64,000 nt of DNA from positions 96,396 to 160,395 of the forward strand of contig NZ_BTTW01000008.1 of NCBI RefSeq assembly GCF_036245865.1, written 5' to 3'. This DNA comes from Corallococcus caeni. Its GTDB lineage: Bacteria; Myxococcota; Myxococcia; Myxococcales; Myxococcaceae. The first letter of the stretch is position 1; every line of letters begins with the position of its first letter. Below, one piece after another: positions 20,604-31,143 of the stretch. Made by a program: the position numbers and the translations under genes. Below the pieces are notes generated by a model. It did no database searches. It was not told the DNA's origin and saw only the letters and a program-made list of their open reading frames with translations.

Positions 20604-21461
20604 ATGCGGCCCTGGCTCACACTAGGACATATGAACCGCGCAGCCGCCGCAATCTTCCTGGCCCTCCTCTGTTCGGCCTGCCCCAAACGCCTCGAGTTCG
20701 GTCCGGAAGGCCGCATCGAGGATGCCCAGACGCTCTACCAGCACGTGCGCGAGCGGCAGGCGCAGGTCGTGAACCTGGAGGGCGACGCCAAGCTGCACGT
20801 CGACTCGCCCCAGGGCAGCGGCACCCTCTCCACGTTCCTCTCCATCACCCGCCCGGGCTTCATCCACCTGGAGACGTACGACTTCTTCAACCGCCCGGTG
20901 GCCTCGCTCGTCTCCAACGGAGAGCGCTTCGGCGTCTACCAGGCGGGGGAGAACACGTACCTCCAGGGCCCGGCCAGCGCGGAGAACGTGTCCCGCTTCC
21001 TGCCTGTCGTCCTGCCGAGCGAGGAGCTGGTGGCGGTGATGCTGGGCCAGGTCCCCCTCCTGCCTCCGGAGTCCATGACCCTGGAGCTGGATGAGAAGGA
21101 GCGGGTGTACGTGCTGAAGCTCCAGCGGGGCCCCGCGACACAGACACTCCGCGTGGACCCGAAGCACCTGCGCGTGGTGAAGAGCGAGGTCCGGGGCGTG
21201 CCGGGCTATGACCTGGCGTTCGAGGACTTCGAGCAGCGCGGCGACCAGCTCTTCCCCGGCAAGGTGCACCTCATCGCCTCCACGGCGGACACGAAGCTGG
21301 ACCTGAAGTACACGGACATCCGCCTCAACGGCCGCCCGGACCTGACGCTCTATGAGCTGGTGGCGCCCGAGGGGGCCAGGGTGGTGGACGTCGACGCACG
21401 GGGCCAGGAAGTCCGCTCGGGGGGCACGGTGTCGCCCGCGCCCCCCGCGCCGGGTTCCTGA
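20604..21461 (+). CDS. Lipoprotein, DUF4292/LolB-like
   Basis: Lipobox LLCSAC and a LolA/LolB-like beta-fold profile. The first gene of the long co-directional block. Confidence 0.5.
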   Translation: MRPWLTLGHMNRAAAAIFLALLCSACPKRLEFGPEGRIEDAQTLYQHVRERQAQVVNLEGDAKLHVDSPQGSGTLSTFLSITRPGFIHLETYDFFNRPVASLVSNGERFGVYQAGENTYLQGPASAENVSRFLPVVLPSEELVAVMLGQVPLLPPESMTLELDEKERVYVLKLQRGPATQTLRVDPKHLRVVKSEVRGVPGYDLAFEDFEQRGDQLFPGKVHLIASTADTKLDLKYTDIRLNGRPDLTLYELVAPEGARVVDVDARGQEVRSGGTVSPAPPAPGS

Positions 21462-21520
21462 GCTTCCAGGCGTCGAAAGACAGCGCCCCGGCGCAAACCG
21501 GGTACTATGGCGCGCACGAC

Positions 21521-22273
21521 ATGGCACAGATCAAGCTCGGAGAACTGCTGATCAAGGCGAACGTCCTGCAGGAGAGCCAGCTCAAGGCGGCGCTCGCCGA
21601 GCAGGCCAAGTGGGGCGGGAAGCTGGGCGAGATCCTCGTCCGGATGAACCTCGTGTCCGAGGACATCCTCGTGCGCGCCCTGTCGAAGCAGCTCGGCATG
21701 CCGGCGGTGAACCTGGACGCCGTGCAGATGGTGCCGCCGCACGTGAAGTCCAAGATCCCGGCGCAGACCGCGCGCGACTTCTCCGTGGTGCCGCTGCAGC
21801 TGCGCGACGACGGCAAGACGCTCGTGGTCGCCATGTCGGACCCGCTCAACGTGCGGGTGCTGGACGAGCTGCGGGCCCTGTCCAAGTGCCGCATCGTGGC
21901 CAACGTGGCGGGGCGCACCTCCGTGGCGCGGGCGTTCGCGCGCCTCTACGAGGAGACGGCGGAGCTGGAGGACGCGGACACCAACTTCAAGGTGGTGGAC
22001 GCGCAGGGCCGCACCGTCGTGAAGAACCTGAAGGACCTGGACCCGGCCGCCGCCGTCGCCATGTCCCCCAAGCCCGCCGCCGCCGCTCCGCCCCGGCCAC
22101 CGCCCCCCGCGGAGGCCCCCCGTCAGGCCGCCTCCGGCAGCCCCGCGGAGCTGCTCAAGAGCGTGGAGGAGGTCCAGCGCAAGGAGGTCGCGGCGCTGAA
22201 GGCCATGGTGGAGCTGCTCATTGAGAAGGGTGTTTTCTCCCGCGAGGAATACCTCGCCAAGGTCAAGCGGTAG
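21521..22273 (+). CDS. Stand-alone MshEN / T2SS-E N-terminal (GSPII_E_N) domain protein
   Basis: Two tandem 24-residue MshEN-type motifs (KLGELLIKANVLQESQLKAALAEQ; KLGEILVRMNLVSEDILVRALSKQ). No ATPase domain. Confidence 0.7.
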   Translation: MAQIKLGELLIKANVLQESQLKAALAEQAKWGGKLGEILVRMNLVSEDILVRALSKQLGMPAVNLDAVQMVPPHVKSKIPAQTARDFSVVPLQLRDDGKTLVVAMSDPLNVRVLDELRALSKCRIVANVAGRTSVARAFARLYEETAELEDADTNFKVVDAQGRTVVKNLKDLDPAAAVAMSPKPAAAAPPRPPPPAEAPRQAASGSPAELLKSVEEVQRKEVAALKAMVELLIEKGVFSREEYLAKVKR

Positions 22274-22282
22274 CCCCCGGCC

Positions 22283-23271
22283 ATGCGCAAGAAGATTGGT
22301 GAACTCCTCGTCCAGGCCGGAGTGGTGACGGACGAGCAGGTGAAGCAGGCCCTTGCCTCCGGACGTCGCGGCCAGGGCCGCAAGCTGGGCGAGGTGCTGG
22401 TGTCCATGGGCCTGTGCACGGGCCGGGACATCGCGCGGGCGCTGGCGGCGCAGCACGAGCTGCCCTTCGTGGAGATCCCCGAGTACATCCCGCACGGGGT
22501 GTCCTCGCTGGTGTCCATGGACTTCCAGAGCGAGCACCGGGTGCTCCTCTTCGCTTCGGAGCAGGACGGCCGCAGCGAGAAGATCCACGTCGCGGTGGAG
22601 GACCCGGGCAACCTGATGCTGGTGGACGAGCTGCGCTTCCAGCTGCGCAAGCAGCTCAAGGTATTCGTCGCCGCGTCGGATGACATGGAGCAGGCGCTCG
22701 CGCGCGGCCGGGGCGAGCCCCTGGACATCGTGGAGGCTGAACCGATGGACATGGACGAGGACGATTCGCCGGACATCCTGCCGTCGCCGCCTTCCGCCTC
22801 CGCGCGGCCCCCGGCGCCGCCGCGCCCGCCCGCGCCGCCGGCGCTGGACTGGGACCTGCCTCCACCGCCGCCGCACGAGTCGGGCGTCGACGGCGCGGAG
22901 GTGCTGGAAGACATCCTGGGCTCCAAGCCCCGCCCCAAGGCCCCGCGTCCCCCGCCGCCGCCCGCCGCGGCCCGGCCGCCGCCCCCTCCGCCCTCCGAGC
23001 CCGAGGACCCGAGCAAGCCGCGCGTGCCGGTGGTGCTCTTCGGCGGCGCCGCGCAGGGCGCGAAGCCGTCCATGGCGCTCACGCCCACGCCGGACTTCTC
23101 CGAGGAGGACCTGGCGGTGCTGGACGACATCGACCGCATCTCGCGCGGCGAGGAGGCCAGCCTGGACACGGAGAAGGTGAAGCCCGCGCGCATGGTCGCG
23201 AGCCTCATCCGCCTGCTCATCCGCAAGGGGCTCATCCAGGAGGCGGAGTTCCTGGAGGAGCTGGCCCAGAA

Positions 23272-23275
<4 letters not shown>
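22283..23275 (+). CDS. Second stand-alone MshEN / T2SS-E N-terminal domain protein with a Pro-rich linker
   Basis: Motifs [24 protein letters not shown] and [24 protein letters not shown]. The C-terminal helix resembles that of the first MshEN gene. Confidence 0.7.
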
Positions 23276-24305
<1,030 letters not shown>

Positions 24306-24309
<4 letters not shown>

Positions 24310-25361
24310 GCGAACCCCTGGTCCAGGTGCGCGACCTGAAGGTGCACTTCCCGGTGAAGGGCGGCCTGCTGGGGCGCACGCGCGGCACGGTGCGCGCGGT
24401 GGACGGCGTGTCCTTCGACGTCGCCCGGGGCGAGACGCTGGGCCTGGTGGGGGAGAGCGGCTGCGGCAAGAGCACCCTGGGACGCGCGGTGCTGCGCCTC
24501 ATCGACCCGACCTCCGGCTCCATCCGCGTGGCCGGGCGCGAGCTGACCGGCCTGTCTCAGCGCGAGCTGCGGCCGCTGCGCCGGCAGATGCAGCTCGTCT
24601 TCCAGGACCCGTACGCGTCGCTCAACCCGCGCATGACGGTGGGGGACATCCTCGCGGAGCCCTTCGCCATCCATGGCCTCGCGAAGGGCAGGGCGCGCGA
24701 GGACGAGGTGCTGGCGCTGCTCGACGCCATGGGGCTGCCCCGCGAGGCGCGGCACCGCTACCCGCACGAGTTCTCCGGCGGCCAGCGTCAGCGCATCGGC
24801 ATTGCACGTGCCATCGCGTTGCGTCCGGACCTGGTGGTGGCGGACGAGCCCATCAGCGCGCTGGACGTCTCCATCCAGGCGCAGATCGTCAACCTGCTGG
24901 TGGACCTGCAGCGCGAGCGCAGGCTCACATACGTCTTCATCGCGCACGACCTCAAGATCGTGGAGTACGTGTCCTCGCGCGTGGCGGTGATGTACCTGGG
25001 CCGCATCGTGGAGGTCGCGCCGTCGCGGGCGCTGTACGCCGGGCCTCGCCACCCGTACACGCAGGCCCTGCTGTCCGCGGTGCCGGTGCCGGATCCGGAG
25101 CGTCCCCGCGCGCGACTGCTCCTGCCGGGAGAGCCGCCCTCGCCGCTGTCGCCGCCGACCGGCTGCGCGTTCCACCCGCGCTGCCCCCATGCGATGGAGC
25201 GCTGCCGGCGCGAGTCGCCGCCGCTGTATCCGCTGGGCGGAGGCCACGCCGCGGCGTGCTTCCTGGCGGAAGGGGACTCGCGGGAAGTGCAGGACGGGAC
25301 CGCTGTTTCCGCGTCCGGAGGAGGCGCCGGTGTTCTGGCTCAGCCATCATCACGCGGATGA
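24306..25361 (+). CDS. ABC transporter ATP-binding protein, OppF/DppF type
   Basis: Walker A GESGCGKS, signature FSGGQRQR, and a C-terminal Cys motif. ATGA overlap with the upstream gene. Confidence 0.85.
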
Positions 25362-25737
25362 GTACAACCGCACGTACGTGCTCGCGGGCGTGCGCGTGTG
25401 CGCGCGGTGCCTGGGGACGTACCCGGTGCTCGCCGCCGTGTTCCTGGGGTTGTTCGCGCTGAAGGCGCCGCTCCGGTGGGAGTGGGACGTGCCGGTGGTG
25501 CTGGCCCTCACGCTGCCCGCGCTGGTGGACTGGGCGGTGGGACGCTTCCGGCCCGCTTCCGGTTCCAACGCGCTGCGCACGCTGACGGGCGTCCTCCTGG
25601 GAGTGGGGCTTGGCCGCTCGCTGTACGTGCACGTGCAGCGCCCGCTGCCGGCGGTGCTGCTGGCGCAGGCACTTCTGGTGACAGGGGTGGCGGTCCCTGT
25701 CATTCTCGCCACTTACCGGCGGCCACGGCCGGAATAG
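25330..25737 (+). CDS. DUF2085 family small membrane protein
   Basis: Motif [10 protein letters not shown] and three or four TM helices. GTG preceded by GGAGGAGG. It overlaps the 3' end of the oppF-like gene by 32 nt. Confidence 0.55.
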   Translation: MFWLSHHHADEYNRTYVLAGVRVCARCLGTYPVLAAVFLGLFALKAPLRWEWDVPVVLALTLPALVDWAVGRFRPASGSNALRTLTGVLLGVGLGRSLYVHVQRPLPAVLLAQALLVTGVAVPVILATYRRPRPE

Positions 25738-25768
25738 ACCTTTCGCGCACGGCTGTCCGTTACAGGCC

Positions 25769-26449
25769 GTGGGCGGTGAAGGGGATGGCACCCGTGGCTT
25801 CATGGGCACTGGGGGAAGTTTGGCACCCGAAACCTCAGACGAGCAGCTGATGCTCGCCTTCCAGGCGGGAGACGCGCGCGCGTTCGAAGCGTTGGTGCGC
25901 AAGCACCGCGCGCCGGTGTTCAACTTCATCCTGCGCTTCGTGGGGCAGCGGGCACGGGCGGAGGACGTGCTGCAGGAGACGTGGCTCAAGGTGGTCCGCA
26001 GCGCCCGGGAATACGAGCCCAAGGCCCGGTTCACGACCTGGCTGTACACCATCGCGAGGAACCTCTGCGTGGACAGCACGCGCAAAGAGAGCTACCGCCA
26101 GGCGACGTCCCTGGAAGCCCCCACGGCGGGTGCCGACGGGGACGAGGGACGTCCGCTGGGCGAGGGGCTGCCGGATGCCGGCGCCAGTCCGGAGCGCGGG
26201 GCGCACAACGCGCGCCTGCGGCCCCTGCTGGAGCGCGCCCTGTCGGGCCTGCCGGAGGAGCAGCGCGAGGTGTTCGTGCTGCGGGAGTACAGCGGCATCC
26301 CGTTCAAGGAGATCGCCGAGGTGACGGGCGTGTCCGAGAACACGGTGAAGAGCCGGATGCGCTACGCGCTGGAGGGCCTGCGCCGCCGCCTGGGAGAGCT
26401 GGGCGTGGATGGCGACCTGTCGGAGGATGGAAGGACGGTGGCGGGATGA
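25769..26449 (+). CDS. ECF (RpoE-like) sigma-70 family sigma factor
   Basis: Region 2 (AFEALVRKH...TWLYTIARN) and region 4 (REYSGIPFKEIAEVTGVSENTVKSR). The true start may be the internal Met at ~25802. Confidence 0.85.
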   Translation: MGGEGDGTRGFMGTGGSLAPETSDEQLMLAFQAGDARAFEALVRKHRAPVFNFILRFVGQRARAEDVLQETWLKVVRSAREYEPKARFTTWLYTIARNLCVDSTRKESYRQATSLEAPTAGADGDEGRPLGEGLPDAGASPERGAHNARLRPLLERALSGLPEEQREVFVLREYSGIPFKEIAEVTGVSENTVKSRMRYALEGLRRRLGELGVDGDLSEDGRTVAG

Positions 26450-27876
26450 GTGCCCAGAATGCCCACGCGCACGAGGACCGGCTCCTCGACTTCGCCTACG
26501 GCGAGCTGCCCGCGTCGGAGGCCCGGTCGCTGGAGCAGCACGTCCAGGGCTGCGCGCGCTGCACGAAGGCGCTGGCGGACATCCGCGGCGTGCGGACCAC
26601 CATGGCGCAGCTGTCGTCGGAGCCCGCGCCGGACGCGGGCCTGGAGTCGCTGCTCGCGTACGCGCAGCAGTCCGCGCGCCGCGCCGCCGCGGGGCCCGAG
26701 CCGAAGCCCTCGCGCTGGCGCCGCTGGCTCCTGCCCGCGGTGGGCCTGGCCACGGTGAGCACCTTCGGCCTCCTGACGCTGACGGTCAGCGAGAACCTCC
26801 ACCTGGAGCCGAACCTGACGCAGAAGGCCTCCAGCCCGACGATGGAGGCGGCGAAGCAGAAGGCGGAGTATCCCGCCTCGCGCGCCGCGATGCCCCCGCC
26901 CGCGCCTTCGAGCGCGCCCCTGGCGACGGCCGCGCCCGAGCCGATGGAGCAGCTCGCGGACCGGAAGCAGGGCGACGCGCAGGCAGAGCTCAAGGGCGCG
27001 GCCGGCGCCCGTCCGTCGGACTGGATGAACGCGGGCAGCGGTGGCGCGCTGCTGGAGCGGCGTCGCGCGGACGCCGACGCACCGAAGAAGAAGATGGCCA
27101 AGGCCGTCCGGGACGCGGACGAGTTCGCGGCGCTCGAGCCGGCCCCGGCCGCCGCGGTCGCGCAGGAGATGTCTCCGCCTCCGAAGGAAGAGGAGGCCGA
27201 CAGCGCCCTCGCCATGAAGGACGCCCCCGCGCCGCGGCGCGCACCCGGTGCAAGCAGCGACAAGGCGAAGGTCGCGAAGAACGACTCCCTGCGCCTGGGC
27301 GGTGCGTCTTATGGCCGTGGGCTCGCCCTGGACGATGAAGCCGAAGGCATGGCCGCGGGCGCGGCCCCGCCGCCTCCTCCCGTGGCCTCCGCGCCCATGG
27401 CCGAGGCCGTGGCTCCCGTCGCCACGGGCGCGCTGGGCCGCCAGCCCGCGCCCGCGAACACGACGCTCTCAGCCCCCGAACAGCGGAAGGAGTCCACCCG
27501 CGCGGAGGCCGCGAAGCCCAGGCCCGTGGAGAAGTCCGCCTCCTCCGAAGATGCGATGACGTCACGCGACCTGTCCGCCCAGGCCCAGGCCGCCGCGAGC
27601 CAGGGGGACCGCGCCCGGGAAGCACAGCTGCTGCGCGCCGCACTCGCCGCCGGAGCCACGGGCAGCGAGCGGTTGGGGCTGCTCTCACGGCTCTGCGAGT
27701 CGGAGTCCGTCCAGGGCCGGAGCCAGGAAGCCGCCACCGTCTGCGGGCAGATCATCACCGAGGCCCCCGGCTCCAGCGCGGCCCAGCTGGCCCAGCGCCG
27801 CCTGCGTCAGGCCTCGCCTCCCGCCGCCCCCGCGTCGGCTCCCGCCAAGGTCGCCCCCTCCACGCCCGCGCAGTAG
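26446..27876 (+). CDS. Anti-sigma factor (zf-HC2) with one TM helix and a long Ala/Pro-rich periplasmic region
   Basis: HxxxCxxC motif (HVQGCARC). ATGA overlap with the sigma gene. TM helix WLLPAVGLATVSTFGLLTL. Confidence 0.7.
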   Translation: MSAQNAHAHEDRLLDFAYGELPASEARSLEQHVQGCARCTKALADIRGVRTTMAQLSSEPAPDAGLESLLAYAQQSARRAAAGPEPKPSRWRRWLLPAVGLATVSTFGLLTLTVSENLHLEPNLTQKASSPTMEAAKQKAEYPASRAAMPPPAPSSAPLATAAPEPMEQLADRKQGDAQAELKGAAGARPSDWMNAGSGGALLERRRADADAPKKKMAKAVRDADEFAALEPAPAAAVAQEMSPPPKEEEADSALAMKDAPAPRRAPGASSDKAKVAKNDSLRLGGASYGRGLALDDEAEGMAAGAAPPPPPVASAPMAEAVAPVATGALGRQPAPANTTLSAPEQRKESTRAEAAKPRPVEKSASSEDAMTSRDLSAQAQAAASQGDRAREAQLLRAALAAGATGSERLGLLSRLCESESVQGRSQEAATVCGQIITEAPGSSAAQLAQRRLRQASPPAAPASAPAKVAPSTPAQ

Positions 27877-27894
27877 GGGAGGGGGGCAGTCCAC

Positions 27895-28188
27895 ATGACC
27901 GATGCGTGGAAGGCCCGGGTCCTGGATAATGGGGCCATGAGGTCGGACGTGCACGCTCCCCCCGTGAACAGCCCCCGGAAGTCTCCGCCCCGCCGGATCC
28001 GCCGTGGCCAGGCCATGGTGGAGTACTCGATGATCAACTGGGTGTTGATCGTCGGGCTCGTCGTCGGCGCCACGGTGAAGATCCGCTGGAACGAGGACAA
28101 GCAGACCAACGTCATCGACCTGTTCCTCGAGGCGTACCAGATTTATTACGACTCGTTCTACTTCGTGCTGAACCTGCCGTTCCCCTGA
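27895..28188 (+). CDS. Flp/Fap-family type IVb prepilin
   Basis: Class III signal-peptide motif G/QAMVEY followed by a hydrophobic helix (SMINWVLIVGLVVGATV). Strong Shine-Dalgarno-like sequence. The leader is unusually long; an internal start at ~27937 is possible. Confidence 0.65.
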   Translation: MTDAWKARVLDNGAMRSDVHAPPVNSPRKSPPRRIRRGQAMVEYSMINWVLIVGLVVGATVKIRWNEDKQTNVIDLFLEAYQIYYDSFYFVLNLPFP

Positions 28189-28288
28189 ACGGGACGGAGG
28201 AAGGCCGCGGATCAGGCCCGTGTGTCGCGCCGTCCTCCCCACCCGGCGGACAGGCGCCGCGAGCCCCGGGTGTCCCGGGATTCCGCTT

Positions 28289-28341
28289 TGTCACGAGAGG
28301 TGGTTTTGACACCTGCTCTGGGGCATGGCTAACATCTTGCC
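28289..28341 (+). promoter_or_regulatory. Candidate sigma54 (-24/-12) promoter TGGCTAACATCTTGC with an adjacent inverted repeat TGTCA-N13-TGACA, upstream of cpaB
   Basis: The GG and GC elements have the canonical 10-nt spacing (TGGC at 28326-28329, TTGC at 28337-28340). The inverted repeat spans 28289-28311. cpaB ATG is at 28426. Confidence 0.4.
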
Positions 28342-28425
28342 CCGTTCGCGCCCTGGCATCGCCCCCTCGTCCAAAGCTGTCCTGCCGCCACGACGGCGCC
28401 CCACCGTTCTGGAGGACCTAGAACC

Positions 28426-29244
28426 ATGTTGAAGGGTAAGACCCCGCTCGTCGTCGCACTGGTGCTCGGTTTGCTCGCCGGCATCGTGGCCTACTCGGCC
28501 ATCAAGAAGAAGGAATCGGATGTGCGCCGCGGGTGGAACCTGGTGCCCGTGGTGGTGGCGGGCCAGGACATGCCCGAGGGGTCGGTCATCACGTACGAGA
28601 TGATCTCCCAGCGCTCCGTGCCCGAGCAGTTCGTCACCTCGTCGGTGGTGAAGCCGGACTCCGCGAACTACATCGTGAACCAGAAGGTGCTGGTGGCGCT
28701 GCAGGCCGGCGACCCCATCCTCTGGAGCCAGTTCGAGACGACGAAGGCCGCCGAGCGCCTGTCCACGAAGGTGCAGAAGAAGGCGCGCGCCATCACCATC
28801 GAGGCGAAGCAGACCACGTCCGTGGGCGGGTGGATCCGCCCCAACGACCACGTGGACATCATCGGCACGTTCCGCGATCCGCAGACGGATGAGAGCGTCG
28901 CCGTGACGCTGCTGCAGAACATCATCGTGGTCGCGACGGGCAAGATCACCGGCACCACGAACATCAACCTCATCCCGGAGAACCAGCGCGAGTACAACAA
29001 CGTCTCGCTGATGGTGCTGCCGGAAGAGGCGGAGATCCTGGTGCTGGCGGCGGAGCTGGGGCAGCTGACGCTGTCGCTGCGCAACGAGGACGACGTGGAC
29101 CTCATCGAGGAGCGCGGCCGCGCCACCATCAGCACGCTGCTGTCCGGCGAGCGCACCCGCGTGCTGGAGCAGAAGCGCCGGGAGATCATCCAGATCATCA
29201 AGGGCAGTGGCAGCGGCGAGAAGGCCTCGGCCGGCTCCCCGTAG
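28426..29244 (+). CDS. CpaB/RcpC-family Flp pilus assembly protein
   Basis: N-terminal TM helix, SAF-like domain, and an RcpC C-terminal domain. GGAGGA Shine-Dalgarno-like sequence. Confidence 0.75.
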   Translation: MLKGKTPLVVALVLGLLAGIVAYSAIKKKESDVRRGWNLVPVVVAGQDMPEGSVITYEMISQRSVPEQFVTSSVVKPDSANYIVNQKVLVALQAGDPILWSQFETTKAAERLSTKVQKKARAITIEAKQTTSVGGWIRPNDHVDIIGTFRDPQTDESVAVTLLQNIIVVATGKITGTTNINLIPENQREYNNVSLMVLPEEAEILVLAAELGQLTLSLRNEDDVDLIEERGRATISTLLSGERTRVLEQKRREIIQIIKGSGSGEKASAGSP

Positions 29245-29320
29245 TCGTCGCGCGCGGGGCTGCTTCCCAAGCTGAAGCGGCCCTGCCGACCCCTCCCTCA
29301 TCCCCCGGGGATTCGCGCCC

Positions 29321-30166
29321 ATGCTCGCAGGTATCGTCCTCCTCCTCGTCACCGGCTCGGTGTTCTTCTTCAGCCTGGTGATCTTCAGCGTCCTGTCGAA
29401 GGCGTACGAGCAGTACCAGGAGCGGTACGTCGCCAAGTCGATGAACGACTTGAGCGACATGTTCCTCTTCATCGACGCGCGGCAGATGTTGATCCTCAAC
29501 ATCGCCTGCATGTGCCTCCTGGGCATCCTCAGCTACATCATCTTCAACCCCATCCTGGCGGTGCTGGCGACCATCTTCGGCTTCTTCCTGCCGATGCTGC
29601 TCGTGAAGCACTACCGCAAGCGCCGCATCAAGAAGTTCAACGTGCAGCTGGTGGACGCGCTGCAGGCCATGGCCAACGCGTTCAAGGCGGGCCTCACGTT
29701 CCCCCAGGCCATCGAGCACGTGGCGCGCGAGGCGATGCCGCCCCTGTCCCAGGAGTTCGGCCTCTTCGTGAAGGAAGTGAAGCTGGGCGTGCCCCTGGAA
29801 GAGGCGCTCGTCAACATGGGCAAGCGCGTGGGCAGCGACGACCTGGAGCTGGTGGTGGTGTCCACCAACATCGCGCGTCAGCTGGGCGGCAACATGGCGG
29901 AGATGTTCGAGACCATCTCCACGGTGATTCGCGAGCGCTTCCGTCTGGAAGGCAAGATCGACGCGTTGACCTCCCAGGGCAAGCTCCAGGGGTGGATCGT
30001 CGCGGCCATGCCGGCGGTGCTGGGCATGGTGCTCAACTACATGCGTCCGGACCTGATGGAGCCGATGATGAACCACATCTTCGGCTACATCCTGGTGACC
30101 CTGATCGCCATCATGGAGATCATGGGCATCCTCATCATCCGGCGCATCGTCAACATCGACATCTGA
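29321..30166 (+). CDS. TadB-like inner-membrane platform protein (T2SSF domain)
   Basis: T2SS F-type domain flanked by TM helices. Confidence 0.75.
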   Translation: MLAGIVLLLVTGSVFFFSLVIFSVLSKAYEQYQERYVAKSMNDLSDMFLFIDARQMLILNIACMCLLGILSYIIFNPILAVLATIFGFFLPMLLVKHYRKRRIKKFNVQLVDALQAMANAFKAGLTFPQAIEHVAREAMPPLSQEFGLFVKEVKLGVPLEEALVNMGKRVGSDDLELVVVSTNIARQLGGNMAEMFETISTVIRERFRLEGKIDALTSQGKLQGWIVAAMPAVLGMVLNYMRPDLMEPMMNHIFGYILVTLIAIMEIMGILIIRRIVNIDI

Positions 30167-30179
30167 AACGAGGCGCACC

Positions 30180-31070
30180 GTGCAGGAAGTCCTGACATTT
30201 CTGCTGATGGGCGGCTCGGCACTGCTGACCGCGGGCGCGGTGGCGTTCCTGGGCATCGGCCTGTACTCCAACGTCCTGGAGCGCTTCCTGTCGGAAGTCC
30301 GGGACGAGTCCGCGGGCGGCGTGAAGGGCGCGGGCTCCGTCGCCATCCGCAAGCTGGGCGCGATGAACCGGCGCTTCATGTGGCCGGGCTACGAGTCCAA
30401 GACGCGCCGCAAGCTCATCAAGGCGGGCGAGCCGTCGCAGTACAAGCCCGAGGACATCATGGCGCTGCAGGAGATCAGCGCCTTCTTCGCCCTGCTGGCC
30501 GGCCTGTTCGTCGTCAACGGCATCGGGATGAACCTGGCCTGGTCACTGCTGGTGATGCTGCTGGGCCTGTTCTATCCGCTCATCTGGTTGAACGATCAGG
30601 TGAAGCGCCGTCACCTGGCCATCAGCCGCGCGCTTCCGTACAACCTGGACCTGCTGACGCTGTCGGTGGAAGCGGGCATGGACTTCACGGGCGCGCTGGC
30701 GAAGGTGGTGGAGAAGGGCCGCCAGGGCCCGCTGCGCGAGGAGCTGCAGCTGGTGCTCAAGCAGCTCAAGATGGGCAAGACGCGTGAGGAGGGCCTCAAG
30801 AGCATGATCGTGCGCGTGGACCTGCCGTCCCTGACGACCTTCGTCACGGCGCTGATCCAGGCGGACAAGATGGGCACGAGCCTGGGCAAGGTGCTGCGCA
30901 TCCAGTCCACGCAGATGCGCATCGACCGCACGCAGCGCGCGGAGAAGCTGGCCGGCGAGGCCCCGGTGAAGATGCTGTTCCCGCTCATCGCCTGCATCTT
31001 CCCGACGGTGTTCATGGTGCTCTTCGGGCCCATCGTGTTCCAGTTCATGTTCGGCAACGTCGGGGGCTAG
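30180..31070 (+). CDS. TadC-like inner-membrane platform protein (T2SSF domain)
   Basis: T2SS F-type domain (LPYNLDLLTLSVEAGMDFTGAL) with N- and C-terminal TM helices. Confidence 0.75.
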   Translation: MQEVLTFLLMGGSALLTAGAVAFLGIGLYSNVLERFLSEVRDESAGGVKGAGSVAIRKLGAMNRRFMWPGYESKTRRKLIKAGEPSQYKPEDIMALQEISAFFALLAGLFVVNGIGMNLAWSLLVMLLGLFYPLIWLNDQVKRRHLAISRALPYNLDLLTLSVEAGMDFTGALAKVVEKGRQGPLREELQLVLKQLKMGKTREEGLKSMIVRVDLPSLTTFVTALIQADKMGTSLGKVLRIQSTQMRIDRTQRAEKLAGEAPVKMLFPLIACIFPTVFMVLFGPIVFQFMFGNVGG

Positions 31071-31143
31071 TCCTCTGCCCATCCTGCTCACCATCACCCA
31101 GGGGCTCCAGGTCGGACGGGAGCTCGCCTTCGAGCAGGCCGAG

